The notes below the pieces were generated by a model, which searched no databases, was not told the DNA's origin, and saw only the letters and a list, made by a program, of their open reading frames with translations. From Candidatus Lustribacter sp. (lineage in GTDB: Bacteria > Vulcanimicrobiota > Vulcanimicrobiia > Vulcanimicrobiales > Vulcanimicrobiaceae), in the NCBI GenBank assembly GCA_965277805.1, contig OZ255842.1:1-64000 (forward strand): 64,000 bases of DNA, given 5' to 3'. Positions 1 to 9,217 of this stretch are shown piece by piece (within the stretch, counting starts at the first letter, position 1; each line of letters begins with the position of its first letter). The position numbers and the translations under genes are program-made.

Positions 1-107
1 TCGACGCCGCGATCACGTCAGCGCATGGATCCTACGCCGCGACATTCCACGTCACATACGGACCGAATGGAAGCATCATCTCTCAACACGACTACATCAA
101 GATCTGA
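1..107 (+). CDS. partial (5'-truncated) hypothetical protein C-terminus
   Basis: Open frame from the window edge, ...DAAITSAHGSYAATFHVTYGPNGSIISQHDYIKI*, with TGA at 105-107 just upstream of the next gene. Confidence 0.45.
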   Translation, partial: DAAITSAHGSYAATFHVTYGPNGSIISQHDYIKI

Positions 108-134
108 GGTGCGCATGAAAGGGTCCCCCCGACA

Positions 135-800
135 ATGACACAGACGGCACTGAAAGACATCGTTGAGCTGCGCCGCATCGACGCTCCGACATTACGGCCG
201 CAAGCGATTGCGTTCGACGGTTCAAGTCTCTGGCTCGGATCGATCGAAACGGAACGGCTGTACGCCATCGCGACCAATACTTGGACCGTCACCGACGAAA
301 TGAGCGTTCCCGGTAAGCCCTGGGGCATGACCGTCGCCGGCGACGAACTGCGCGTGCTCCTCGGTCAAACCGCCGACGATCATCGCTCGATCTTCCGCGT
401 CGTGCCGGGTCACGGCGTGAAAAGCAGCAGTGCCGTGCCGTGTCCCGACGATACCGGCTCGCATCTCTCCTACGACGGCGACCGGCTCTTCGTCAGCCAG
501 TGGTACAACCAGCGCATCATCGCGCTCGACGACAGCGGCCAGGCCGGCACGATCGTTGAGGTTCCGCATCAGATCTGCGGTCACACGATCGTCAACGGCT
601 GCTTCTACTGCATCACGGTCGACGACGAAACGACCGGACCGTACTGGCTCACGCGCGTCGACGCGCGCGGTTCGTCACCGACGTCGATCGATCTCGCCAC
701 GATCCCGTTCAACGCGCGCGGCCTCGCCTTCGACGGCGAACGCTTCTGGACGAACGACCGCGAAGTCCACCAAACCATAGCCTTCGCCAAACCCGACTAA
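135..800 (+). CDS. beta-propeller-like repeat protein (glutaminyl-cyclase/YncE-like fold, function unknown)
   Basis: 221 aa with recurring blade-like motifs IAFDGSSLW, LSYDGDRLF and LAFDGERFW; coding-like codon usage. Confidence 0.6.
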   Translation: MTQTALKDIVELRRIDAPTLRPQAIAFDGSSLWLGSIETERLYAIATNTWTVTDEMSVPGKPWGMTVAGDELRVLLGQTADDHRSIFRVVPGHGVKSSSAVPCPDDTGSHLSYDGDRLFVSQWYNQRIIALDDSGQAGTIVEVPHQICGHTIVNGCFYCITVDDETTGPYWLTRVDARGSSPTSIDLATIPFNARGLAFDGERFWTNDREVHQTIAFAKPD

Positions 801-826
801 CTTCGTAGTAGAGTCGCGTCCCCTTC

Positions 827-1017
827 TGTCATCCCGAGTGGAGCGCCGTTAGACGCGGAATCGAGGGACGAGAGAAAATCATCAGCGATAGAGTGCGAAC
901 GCGAAGGCGGGAGCAGTGGCATGAAAAAAGAGCAAAAAAATAGCCACTGCTCCCGCCTTCGCGGTCGCACTCAAATACTAGCGATGGAGGCGGTCCATCG
1001 ACAAGCTCGGGATGACA
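827..1017. repeat. nested palindromic intergenic element (REP/MITE-like); the inner hairpin may act as a terminator between convergent genes
   Basis: Outer inverted repeat TGTCATCCCGAG (827-838) / CTCGGGATGACA (1006-1017). Inner 30-bp inverted repeat 891-920 / 943-972 with 1 mismatch and an A-rich loop. Confidence 0.8.
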
Positions 1018-1023
1018 AGAACG

Positions 1024-1743
1024 TTATACGTGCAGGTAGCGTTTTAGTATTTCTTCGTTGGTGCGTAGGTTTTCGGGGGTGCCTTCGTAGACGATTTCGC
1101 CTTGATCGAGGATGTAGCAGCGGTCGGCCACGCTGAGGGCGGAGTAGAGATTTTGCTCGACGAGGAGGATCGTCATCCCGGCTTCCTTGATCTCGCGGAT
1201 CACGGCTTCGACTTCGCGGACGATCAGCGGTGCGAGGCCTTCGGTCGGCTCATCGAGCAGCAGCACGCGCGTGTCTTGCACGAGTGCGCGGGCGATCGCG
1301 AGCATCTGTTTCTCTCCGCCCGAGATCTCGTCGCCCTTGTTCGCGAGGCGCTCGCGTAACCGCGGGAAACGTTCGTACACGCGGTCGAGCGACCAGCCCG
1401 GTTTGCGTGCGGTGATCTGCGCGATGCGCAAGTTCTCGGCGACGGTGAGGTTGGTGAAGATGCGGCGCTCTTCGGGCACGAGCGCGATCCCCTTGCGCGC
1501 GATCGACATCATGTCGCGGCCCGCGAGCTCCTCGCCGGCGAGTTTCACGCTGCCGCTGCGCGGCTGCACCCAGCCGACGATCGACTTGAGCGTGGTCGTC
1601 TTACCGGCGCCGTTGCGTCCCAAGAGCGCAACGGTTTCACCCGCGCCGACCGTCAGCGACACCGACTTGAGGATGTGGCTCTCGCCGTAGTAGCTCTCGA
1701 GCGCGTCGAGCGCGAGCAGCGGCGCGGTCGCGATTGCGCTCAT
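1024..1743 (-). CDS. livF: branched-chain amino acid-type ABC transporter ATP-binding protein (LivF-like)
   Basis: Walker A GRNGAGKTT, signature ISGGEKQ, Walker B LLLDEPTEGLAP. Confidence 0.9.
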   Translation of the reverse strand: MSAIATAPLLALDALESYYGESHILKSVSLTVGAGETVALLGRNGAGKTTTLKSIVGWVQPRSGSVKLAGEELAGRDMMSIARKGIALVPEERRIFTNLTVAENLRIAQITARKPGWSLDRVYERFPRLRERLANKGDEISGGEKQMLAIARALVQDTRVLLLDEPTEGLAPLIVREVEAVIREIKEAGMTILLVEQNLYSALSVADRCYILDQGEIVYEGTPENLRTNEEILKRYLHV

Positions 1744-2507
1744 GCCTCGATCTCCGTTTCGCTATGACCGCCGAGGTAGGCGTCTTGCACGCGCTGATTG
1801 GCGCGGATTTCCGCCGGCGTGCCGTTGGCGAGCACGCGCCCCGATTCGAGCACGGTGATCGAGTCGGAGATTCCCATGATCAGGTCCATGTCGTGTTCGA
1901 TGATCAGCACGGTCATCGAGCTTGCGAGCTTGCGCACCAGGGCTTCGGTCTTGCGCGCTTCGTCCCGCGACATTCCGGCGACCGGTTCGTCGAGCAGCAA
2001 GATCTCGGGTGCCGTAGCGAGCGCGATCGCGATGTCGAGCCGCTTCTTGTCGCCGTGCGCGAGATCGCCCGAGCGCACGCCGGCGACACTGCCGAGTTCG
2101 AGTTGCTCGATCGCACGTTCGGCCTGCGCGTCAACGTCCGGCAGACGGCCGGAGCGGCGCAGCAGTTCGAGGGCAAACGCGCCTTGCGTGTGCGCGAGCG
2201 CCGCGAGCCGGCAGTTCTGCAGCACGGTCTGTTCGGGATAGATGTTCGCGGTCTGAAACGCTTTGGCGATCCCGAGGTGCACGCGTTTGGTTCCGTCCAG
2301 CCGCGTGATGTCGCTGCCCTTAAACGTGATCGTGCCGCTCGTCGCTTCGGTGGTGCCGGAGAGCAGGTTGAAGAACGTCGTCTTCCCCGCGCCGTTCGGC
2401 CCGATCACCGCGCGCAGTTCGCCTGCTTCGACGCTGAAATCGATGTCGGCATTGGCTGCAAAACGTCCGAACGACTTGCCGAGGCCCTTCGTTTCCAAAA
2501 TGCTCAT
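1740..2507 (-). CDS. livG: branched-chain amino acid-type ABC transporter ATP-binding protein (LivG-like)
   Basis: Start MSILETKGL at 2507 (ATGA-type overlap with livM stop); GPNGAGKTT, LAHGDKKR, LLLDEPVAG, IEHDM, AYLG. Confidence 0.9.
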   Translation of the reverse strand: MSILETKGLGKSFGRFAANADIDFSVEAGELRAVIGPNGAGKTTFFNLLSGTTEATSGTITFKGSDITRLDGTKRVHLGIAKAFQTANIYPEQTVLQNCRLAALAHTQGAFALELLRRSGRLPDVDAQAERAIEQLELGSVAGVRSGDLAHGDKKRLDIAIALATAPEILLLDEPVAGMSRDEARKTEALVRKLASSMTVLIIEHDMDLIMGISDSITVLESGRVLANGTPAEIRANQRVQDAYLGGHSETEIEA

Positions 2508-3535
2508 TTCGAGCGCACCGATGCAGCCAGCAGCGCGCGGCGCGCTTTGGCTTTGTTGCTTATCGTACCGACGATGCCGGCGGGCAAGAACACGACGACC
2601 GCGACGAAGATCGCGCCTTCGACCAGCCGCCAGTAGTCGATGTGGGCGGAGAGCACGCTCTCGAGATACATGACGAGACCGGTCCCGATCACCGGCCCGA
2701 GCAGCGTTCCCACGCCGCCGACGATCGTGTAGATGACGAACGAGCCGCTGCGATCGATGCCGAGGGAATCGATCGGGACGCTGCCGTCGTAGAGCGCGCG
2801 CAGGGCTCCCGCCAAGCCCGTCAGCGCGCCGGAGATCGCGAACGCGGCCAAGCGGTACGCCGGCGCGTTGAAGCCGATGAGCACGCTGCGCTCTTCGTTT
2901 TCCCGGATCGCGGTCAGCACTTCGCCGAACTGCGAGCGGGTGAGCGCGCGCACGCCGACCATCACGCCGAAGAACACGAGCGCGACGAACACGTACCACA
3001 GCTTGATGTCGCTGAGATTTCCGAACGGCCCGAGCGCGAGCGCCGGCAACGATCCGCCGAGGTCGATCGGGTAGGAGCCGATGGGCAGCACCACGGCCGG
3101 AAAGTTCTGCAACCCGTCGTCGCCGTTGGTCCAATCCTGCGACTGTTCGATGACGAAGAAGATCATCTGCGCGAACGCCAGCGTCAAGAGCGCGAAGTAG
3201 ATCCCGTACAAGCGCACGGCCAGCGCGCCGACGAGCAGCGCGAGTATGGTTGCCGCCAGCGTTGCGCCGAGCACGGCGAGCCACAGGTTCGGGCTTTGCG
3301 GCATGACGCGAATGAGCAGCAGCGCTGCGACGTAGCCGCCGCCGCCATAAAACATCGCGTGGCCGTACGAGAGCAATCCGGTATAGCCCAGCAGCAGGTT
3401 GAAGCCGATCGAGGCGATGCTCATGATCAGGATCTGAATCGCGAGGCCTTCGTAGCCGTTGATCGCGTGAAAGGCGAACGGAAAGAGCACGAGCCCGATT
3501 GCGGTGAAGAGCGCGAAGCGCAGGCCGGCGGTCAT
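2504..3535 (-). CDS. livM: branched-chain amino acid ABC transporter permease (LivM-like)
   Basis: Hydrophobic; GYTGLLSYGHA, YFALLTLAF, AIRENE motifs. Confidence 0.9.
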   Translation of the reverse strand: MTAGLRFALFTAIGLVLFPFAFHAINGYEGLAIQILIMSIASIGFNLLLGYTGLLSYGHAMFYGGGGYVAALLLIRVMPQSPNLWLAVLGATLAATILALLVGALAVRLYGIYFALLTLAFAQMIFFVIEQSQDWTNGDDGLQNFPAVVLPIGSYPIDLGGSLPALALGPFGNLSDIKLWYVFVALVFFGVMVGVRALTRSQFGEVLTAIRENEERSVLIGFNAPAYRLAAFAISGALTGLAGALRALYDGSVPIDSLGIDRSGSFVIYTIVGGVGTLLGPVIGTGLVMYLESVLSAHIDYWRLVEGAIFVAVVVFLPAGIVGTISNKAKARRALLAASVRSK

Positions 3536-4401
3536 TGCCGGATCACTTCACTTTCACCGAGCAGACCTTGCGGCCGCAGCAGCAGCACGACGGCCATGCA
3601 GAGGTAGATCACGACGTTGGCCGCGGGCGGGAACGCGAGCGTCGTCACGCTCTGCAGTTCGCCGATCAGCAGACCGCCGAGCACGGCGCCCCAAAAACTG
3701 CCGAGACCGCCGACCACGACCACGACGAACGACGGCACGAGGAACGCGAAGCCGGTTCCGGGCGCGATGCTGTAGATCGGCGATGCCGCGGCGCCCACGA
3801 GTCCCGCGATCGCCGCACCGAGCGCGAATACGATCGTCGAGGCGGCCTTGATGTTGCCGCCGAGCAGCTGCACCATCGTGCGATCGCGCACGCCGGCGCG
3901 CACGATCAAGCCGTAGTCGGTCTTTTCCAGGAACAGCCAGACGATCACAAGCATCACGACCACGCCCAGTGCGAACAGCAACCGGTACGCCGGGTAGACG
4001 ATCGGGCCCATTGCGAACGATGTGGCGAGTGCCGGCAGCGGCGGATATTGCAGCGTCGTCGATCCGAAGGTCAGCCGCAGCGTTTCCTCGACGATCAGCG
4101 CGACGCCGAACGTCACGAGAATCTGCGACGTCGCGTCTTTATTGTAGAATGAGCGCAACAGCACGCGGTCGAGCACGACGGCGAAAAGTGCGACCGCAAC
4201 CGGCGCCGCGAGGAGCGCGGGCCCGAGTCCCCACTGCTGTGCGACGACGAGCCCGATGTAGGCGCCGATCGCGTAGAAAGCGCCGTGCGCGAAATTCACC
4301 AGGCGCAGCGTGCCGAAAACGATGGTCAGCCCGACGGCGATCGCGACGTAGATGAGACCGAGGACCAGCCCGTTCAGCAGGGCTTGCGTAAGAGCGACCA
4401 C
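3532..4401 (-). CDS. livH: branched-chain amino acid ABC transporter permease (LivH-like)
   Basis: GLTIVFG..LVNFAHG and VVGGLGS motifs; multiple TM segments. Confidence 0.9.
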   Translation of the reverse strand: MVALTQALLNGLVLGLIYVAIAVGLTIVFGTLRLVNFAHGAFYAIGAYIGLVVAQQWGLGPALLAAPVAVALFAVVLDRVLLRSFYNKDATSQILVTFGVALIVEETLRLTFGSTTLQYPPLPALATSFAMGPIVYPAYRLLFALGVVVMLVIVWLFLEKTDYGLIVRAGVRDRTMVQLLGGNIKAASTIVFALGAAIAGLVGAAASPIYSIAPGTGFAFLVPSFVVVVVGGLGSFWGAVLGGLLIGELQSVTTLAFPPAANVVIYLCMAVVLLLRPQGLLGESEVIRQ

Positions 4402-4425
4402 GTGACCCCGTGTGTAGGAAGAACG

Positions 4426-4464
4426 GAAACGGGCCGGCGCCGCCAGAGTGCGCCGGCCCGTTTC
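4426..4464. terminator. 15-bp GC-rich hairpin between the binding-protein and permease genes (partial terminator or mRNA stabiliser)
   Basis: GAAACGGGCCGGCGC (4426-4440) / GCGCCGGCCCGTTTC (4450-4464), 9-nt loop. Confidence 0.65.
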
Positions 4465-4482
4465 GTTACTGTGAGCGAGAAA

Positions 4483-5727
4483 CTACGCGGTTTCCATTTT
4501 GCACTGCAGGCTGTCAAGCGGGGCCATGATGCCGGGTCCGTTGTGCTCTTCGAGGACTTTGGCAAACCCGAAGCCGTCGTGGCTGCGGTCGGCCGACGGC
4601 AGACCTTCGACCACGAGGCACGAGTTGACGCCCTGATGATCCTCTTTGCGGAAGTGCTCCGGCCCCTTGGTCATGTTCCACTGCATGTTTTCCAAGATCG
4701 GGATCAACTTGGCCGGATCGGTCGAGTGCGCTTGTTCGACGGCGGCTTTGTAGACCATGATGTTGACGTACGCGCACTCGGCGCCGTTCGACGGGTAGGT
4801 CTTGTAGCGGTCGTGGAACGCGTCGACGAATTTCTTCGCGTAGGTGTAGTGCTGCTGGTGGTACTGCCAGTAGAACGGCGCCGTCGAGACGACGCCCGCG
4901 AAGTTGTCCTTGGTGCCCTTCGCCATGTATTCATCGACCAGCGGCACGAGGATCTTACAGTTCTTCGTCAAGCCGAACGTGGCGGCTTGGTTGAGGCTGT
5001 TCACCATGTCGGCACCGAACTCGATGAGCACCAGCACGTCGGGTTTTGCCGCCTGTGCTTGCGAGAGCGCCGACGAGAAGTCGGTCGTGCCGAGCTTGAG
5101 CTTCACGTACGCCATTTCTTTGGCGCCTTTAGCGTTTACGACGGCCGCGATGTTGTCGTGGTTCGACCAGCCCCACGAGTAGTCGGCGGCGATGTAAAAC
5201 CAGGATCCGGTGCCGTACTTCGAGACCAGCGTGCGGGCCATCGACTGCGCGCTCATATACGCGTCGTTGTAACGCCGAAAGGTGTGCTTGTGACAGTTTT
5301 GGTTCGTCGTCTCGTCGCCGTGCGTCAGCGTCGCCATGAACAGCGAGCCCTTGCGTTGACAGAGCGCGGACACGGCCACGGCCGTACCGGTCGAGGAACC
5401 GCCCGTGATCATCACCGCACCGTCGCGATCGATCATGCGCTGCGCGTTGTCGGTCGCGGTGCCGGCCGTCGTTTGATCGTCGCCGACCGACGCTTTGACT
5501 TGCATCCCCATGATGCCGCCGGACTTGTTGACCTGATCGATCGCCAGATCGTACGCGCGCTGTTGATCCTTGCCTTGATCGGCATAGGGTCCCGACAGCG
5601 GAACGTTGACCCCGATGACGATTTGCTTGCTCTGTGCGGAGATGATTCCGGGGAATCCGAAGGCCGCCGACGCAGCGGCGGCGCCGCCGATGAACCGGCC
5701 GCGGGTGGTGGGCGATACGTGCGTCAT
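4483..5727 (-). CDS. ABC transporter substrate-binding protein, Leu/Ile/Val-binding (PBP1) family, Tat-like leader
   Basis: Start MTHVSPTTRGRFIGG; IGVNVPLSGPYA, ADYSWG, TTDFSS motifs; first gene of the liv-like operon. Confidence 0.85.
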   Translation of the reverse strand: MTHVSPTTRGRFIGGAAAASAAFGFPGIISAQSKQIVIGVNVPLSGPYADQGKDQQRAYDLAIDQVNKSGGIMGMQVKASVGDDQTTAGTATDNAQRMIDRDGAVMITGGSSTGTAVAVSALCQRKGSLFMATLTHGDETTNQNCHKHTFRRYNDAYMSAQSMARTLVSKYGTGSWFYIAADYSWGWSNHDNIAAVVNAKGAKEMAYVKLKLGTTDFSSALSQAQAAKPDVLVLIEFGADMVNSLNQAATFGLTKNCKILVPLVDEYMAKGTKDNFAGVVSTAPFYWQYHQQHYTYAKKFVDAFHDRYKTYPSNGAECAYVNIMVYKAAVEQAHSTDPAKLIPILENMQWNMTKGPEHFRKEDHQGVNSCLVVEGLPSADRSHDGFGFAKVLEEHNGPGIMAPLDSLQCKMETA

Positions 5728-5874
5728 TGGCGCGCTCCTGTAGGTAGCGAGACGTAAAGTGAATTCTGCGATTCCCCTGAGAAAAGAACAACCCTGCGAC
5801 ATCAGTCGGAGGTCGCGGAAGTATTCTCCGATGCGTGGAGGCGGGGCGGCCGGGTGCGCGGTAGCAGCCCGGTA

Positions 5875-6327
5875 ATGAACCGTACCTGGGCCGTCGCCGC
5901 GTGTTTGCTGGCCGGCTGCTCCTCACAAGCTCCGCTGCTCCAGCCCCCCGATCGTGTCGAATCGTTCTGCAGCGAAAAGGAGCCCCGCGGCACGGCGATC
6001 GCGAGCGTCCTCGGCAGCGTTTCCGACCGGATCGAGACCAGCGTGGCCTACCCCGGCGACGCCGTGCTCCGGACCGACGTGAAGCAGAACAGCGGCGTGA
6101 TCGGCCATTGGAAATCGCAACCGCTCTACATGCCCTCGACGGCGCAAGCGCTCGGCGTCTCGGGCAACTACATCGACGTCACCGACGTCGTGATCGACAA
6201 CCAGCTCTCGGGCCAGCAGTCGCGGCTCATCTACGTCACGGTCACGACGCCTCAGGGACCGAAGAACATCGTCCTGCGCGCCTTCGACACGCAAAACGTC
6301 TGCGTCGAAGGCGAACGCCTAGAATAA
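5875..6327 (+). CDS. hypothetical lipoprotein
   Basis: MNRTWAVAACLLAGC lipobox-type leader; start ATG at 5875. Confidence 0.65.
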   Translation: MNRTWAVAACLLAGCSSQAPLLQPPDRVESFCSEKEPRGTAIASVLGSVSDRIETSVAYPGDAVLRTDVKQNSGVIGHWKSQPLYMPSTAQALGVSGNYIDVTDVVIDNQLSGQQSRLIYVTVTTPQGPKNIVLRAFDTQNVCVEGERLE

Positions 6328-6333
6328 TTCCGG

Positions 6334-6358
6334 TGTCATCCCGAGCTTGTGGAGGGAC
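6334..6358. repeat. second copy of the TGTCATCCCGAG repeat end
   Basis: TGTCATCCCGAGCTTGTGGAGGGAC matches the reverse complement of 993-1017 at 23/25; it also lies between convergent genes. Confidence 0.7.
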
Positions 6359-6373
6359 AGCCACTCAGCGACG

Positions 6374-6682
6374 TTATCGAACTTTCTTATCCCAGCCGAG
6401 GAGTTGCTCGACGAGGAGGCCGGTGACGGCGGTCCAGGTTTCGAGGATCGTGAACGTCCGGGTTTGGATGGCGAGCGGGAGCAACAGCACGGCGCCGGCG
6501 ACGAGCAAAATGAGGCCCGCGATAAAGCGGGCCACGCTGCGTAATGCCACCAGCGGCTGGGTCGTGCCGGCGGCCACGTCGCGCACCAAACGGAATGGTG
6601 AGCGCGAGGCGAGGTTCCAGAGCGAGAAGGCGGCGGCATCGACGACGATCGCCGCGGCCACGCGCAGGACGTCTGAGCTCAG
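6374..6682 (-). CDS. small hypothetical membrane protein at the end of the suf operon (start uncertain: CTG 6682 or GTG 6661)
   Basis: Hydrophobic stretches (FIAGLILLVAGAVLLLPLAI); directly follows the sufU stop. Confidence 0.5.
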   Translation of the reverse strand: MSSDVLRVAAAIVVDAAAFSLWNLASRSPFRLVRDVAAGTTQPLVALRSVARFIAGLILLVAGAVLLLPLAIQTRTFTILETWTAVTGLLVEQLLGWDKKVR

Positions 6683-7077
6683 GTCGCCGCTTCGTCGGGC
6701 CAGGTAGCGATCTCGCCGAGCGCGGCGCTCTTGGCAACCTTCAGCCCCAGCATGGCGCACTTCATGCGCGTCGGGCTGATGCCGATGCCCACGTTCTCGA
6801 GCACAACGTCGTGCGAGAGCTGGGCCACTTCTTCGAGCGTCTTGCCCTTGAGCGATTCGGTCAGCATCGATGCCGACGCTTGCGAGATCGCGCAGCCTTT
6901 GCCCGAAAACCGCACGTCGTCGATCTTGCCGTCTGCGCCGACCGACAACTCCATCGCGATCTTGTCGCCGCACAGCGGGTTCAAGTCCTCGGCTTTGGCC
7001 GTGGGATGATCGAGATGCCCGAAGTTGCGCGGGTTGCGGTAGTGGTCGAGAATGTATTCTTTGTAGAAGTCGTCCAT
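6679..7077 (-). CDS. sufU: Fe-S cluster scaffold/sulfur-transfer protein, SufU/IscU (NifU_N) family
   Basis: ILDHYRNPRN, NPLCGD, GCAISQAS, RMKCA (three conserved Cys); follows sufS. Confidence 0.9.
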   Translation of the reverse strand: MDDFYKEYILDHYRNPRNFGHLDHPTAKAEDLNPLCGDKIAMELSVGADGKIDDVRFSGKGCAISQASASMLTESLKGKTLEEVAQLSHDVVLENVGIGISPTRMKCAMLGLKVAKSAALGEIATWPDEAAT

Positions 7078-8327
7078 CAGCTGATCTTAAAGACCTCAGC
7101 AGCCTTCTCTAAGGCTGCAACGAGCACGTCGATGTCGGCTTCGGTCGTGTAGAGGTAGAACGAGGCGCGCGCGGTGGCCGGCCAGTTCATCTTGTCCATC
7201 AGGGGCATCGCGCAGTGGTGTCCGGCGCGAATGCACACGCCTTCGAGATCGAGGATCGAGGCCAAATCGTGCGCGTGGATGTCGGCGAAGTTGAACGAGA
7301 TCACGCCGCCGCGATCTTCCGCGCGCGCCGGACCGTAGCACTGCAGGCCGCGGGCCGCAAACGGGGCCAGGCGTTCGAGCGCGTAAGCGGTGATGCGGAT
7401 CTCGTGTTCGCGAATCCACGCCATGCCGACGTTGGTCAGGTAATCGCAGGCCGCGCCGTACGCGATCGCGTCGGCGATGTTGCTCGTGCCGGCTTCGAAC
7501 TTCCACGGCAGTTCGGCGAAGGTCGTCGTGTCGTATGCGACCGTACGGATCATGTCGCCGCCGGTGAGGAACGGGGGCATCGATTCGAGCAGCGCGCGCT
7601 TGCCGTAGAGGAAGCCGATGCCGGTGGGCGCGCACATCTTGTGGCCGCTGACGGCCATGAAGTCGACATCGAGCGCTTGCACGTCGACCGGCATGTGCGG
7701 CACCGACTGCGCTGCGTCCACGAGCACCAGGGCGCCGGCGGCGTGCGCGCGCGGGATGATCGTCTCGAGCGGGGCGATGGAGCCGAGCACGTTGCTGACG
7801 TGCGAGAGCGCGACGAGCTTCGTACCGCGCAGCAATTCGTCGAGGTCGTCGAGCAGCAGCGTGCCGTCGTCGGCGGCCTTGATATAGCGCAGTTCACAAC
7901 CGGTTTTGGCGGCGAGCATCTGCCAGGGCACGATGTCGGAGTGGTGCTCGACCTGCGTCGTCAGGATCGCGTCACCCGGCATGAGATTTTGCAGGCCCCA
8001 GGTGTAGCTGACCAGGTTGATCGCTTCGGTCGTGTTGCGTGTCCAGATGATTTCGGCCGAATGCGCGGCGTTGACGAAACGCGCGACCTTCGCCCGCGCT
8101 TCCTCGAACGCATCGGTGGCGCGCGCGGCGATTTCGTACACGCCGCGATGGATGTTGGCGTTGTACGACGAGTAGTAGTCGACCAGGCTGTCGATTACGG
8201 CTTGCGGTTTTTGCGACGAGGCGGCCGAATCGAGGTACACGAGGCGTTTGCCGCGCGACGTCGGCTTCGCGAGGATCGGAAAGTCAGCGGCAATCGCGGC
8301 GGCTTTCGCGTCGACCGATGCGATCAT
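7077..8327 (-). CDS. sufS: cysteine desulfurase, SufS family
   Basis: VYLDSAASSQKP, SGHKM (PLP Lys), RAGHHCA (catalytic Cys), RASF. Confidence 0.95.
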   Translation of the reverse strand: MIASVDAKAAAIAADFPILAKPTSRGKRLVYLDSAASSQKPQAVIDSLVDYYSSYNANIHRGVYEIAARATDAFEEARAKVARFVNAAHSAEIIWTRNTTEAINLVSYTWGLQNLMPGDAILTTQVEHHSDIVPWQMLAAKTGCELRYIKAADDGTLLLDDLDELLRGTKLVALSHVSNVLGSIAPLETIIPRAHAAGALVLVDAAQSVPHMPVDVQALDVDFMAVSGHKMCAPTGIGFLYGKRALLESMPPFLTGGDMIRTVAYDTTTFAELPWKFEAGTSNIADAIAYGAACDYLTNVGMAWIREHEIRITAYALERLAPFAARGLQCYGPARAEDRGGVISFNFADIHAHDLASILDLEGVCIRAGHHCAMPLMDKMNWPATARASFYLYTTEADIDVLVAALEKAAEVFKIS

Positions 8328-9217
8328 CGCCGGGCTCCCGCCAACTTTTCTTCGAGCAGCGTACGGAGTTCCGCGCGCAGCGTCTCGCCGGGGAAGCGCG
8401 CGACGGCCGGTTCGAAGAAGCCGAGCGCGATCAGTTTTTCGGCGGCGTCACGTTCGATGCCGCGGCTCATGATGTAGAAGATGTGCTCTTCGTCGATCGC
8501 GCCGACGGTGGCGCCGTGAAAGGCTTTGACATCGTTGGCCGCGATCTCGAGTGCCGGGATCGCGTCGATCTTGGCATCCTTGCCGATCAAGAGCGTGTCG
8601 TCGCGCAACGAGGCTTCAGAACCGTGCGCGTGCGGCACGATCCGGATGTTGCCGAAGTAGCGTCCGCGCCCGCGGCCGGCGGCGATGCTGCGCACGACGG
8701 TCTGCGAGCTCGTGTGCGGCACATTGTGCTGCACTTCGGTCGTGAGCTGCACGACTTCGCGCGCGACCGGGAAGAACAGCGCGGCAATCTCGGTGTTGGC
8801 GCCTTCGCCGGTGTGATCGCTGATCACGGAGTCGGTAACCGAGCTGCCGCCGAGCAGCGCGACGTTCCAGCCGATGCGCGCTTCGGCGCCGGCATGCGAG
8901 CGGCGCTTGGCCTCGACGTGCACGCCCGAACCGACGTTCTGCAGCACGGTGTAGGTGATGTCGGCGCGCGCCGCGGCGGTGATCGTCGCCGAAACGGTGA
9001 TCTCGCGCTCGGCGTTGCCGGTTAACCGCTCCACGATCGTCGCGCGCGCGCCTTCGCCGGCGTTCACGAACGTGTGGGCGACCAAGGCAGCATCGGCCAC
9101 GTCGTAATCGACGATGACCGGCTCGTCGCTGTTGACGCCGGCCGGAATCTCGATGTGCGTTCCGCGCGCGTCGCGGGTAACGGAAATCGCGGGCGCGATG
9201 GCGCTAAGCGACGCCAC
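8324..9217 (-). CDS. sufD: Fe-S cluster assembly protein SufD (N-terminally short)
   Basis: C-terminal IPALEI..NDVKAFHGATVG and FYIMSRGI motifs; 297 aa. Confidence 0.85.
   Translation of the reverse strand: MASLSAIAPAISVTRDARGTHIEIPAGVNSDEPVIVDYDVADAALVAHTFVNAGEGARATIVERLTGNAEREITVSATITAAARADITYTVLQNVGSGVHVEAKRRSHAGAEARIGWNVALLGGSSVTDSVISDHTGEGANTEIAALFFPVAREVVQLTTEVQHNVPHTSSQTVVRSIAAGRGRGRYFGNIRIVPHAHGSEASLRDDTLLIGKDAKIDAIPALEIAANDVKAFHGATVGAIDEEHIFYIMSRGIERDAAEKLIALGFFEPAVARFPGETLRAELRTLLEEKLAGARR

Noticed and set aside
921-1136. 71-aa ORF starting inside the palindromic element
   Set aside because: It begins in the hairpin loop and overlaps livF antisense, with no coding features.
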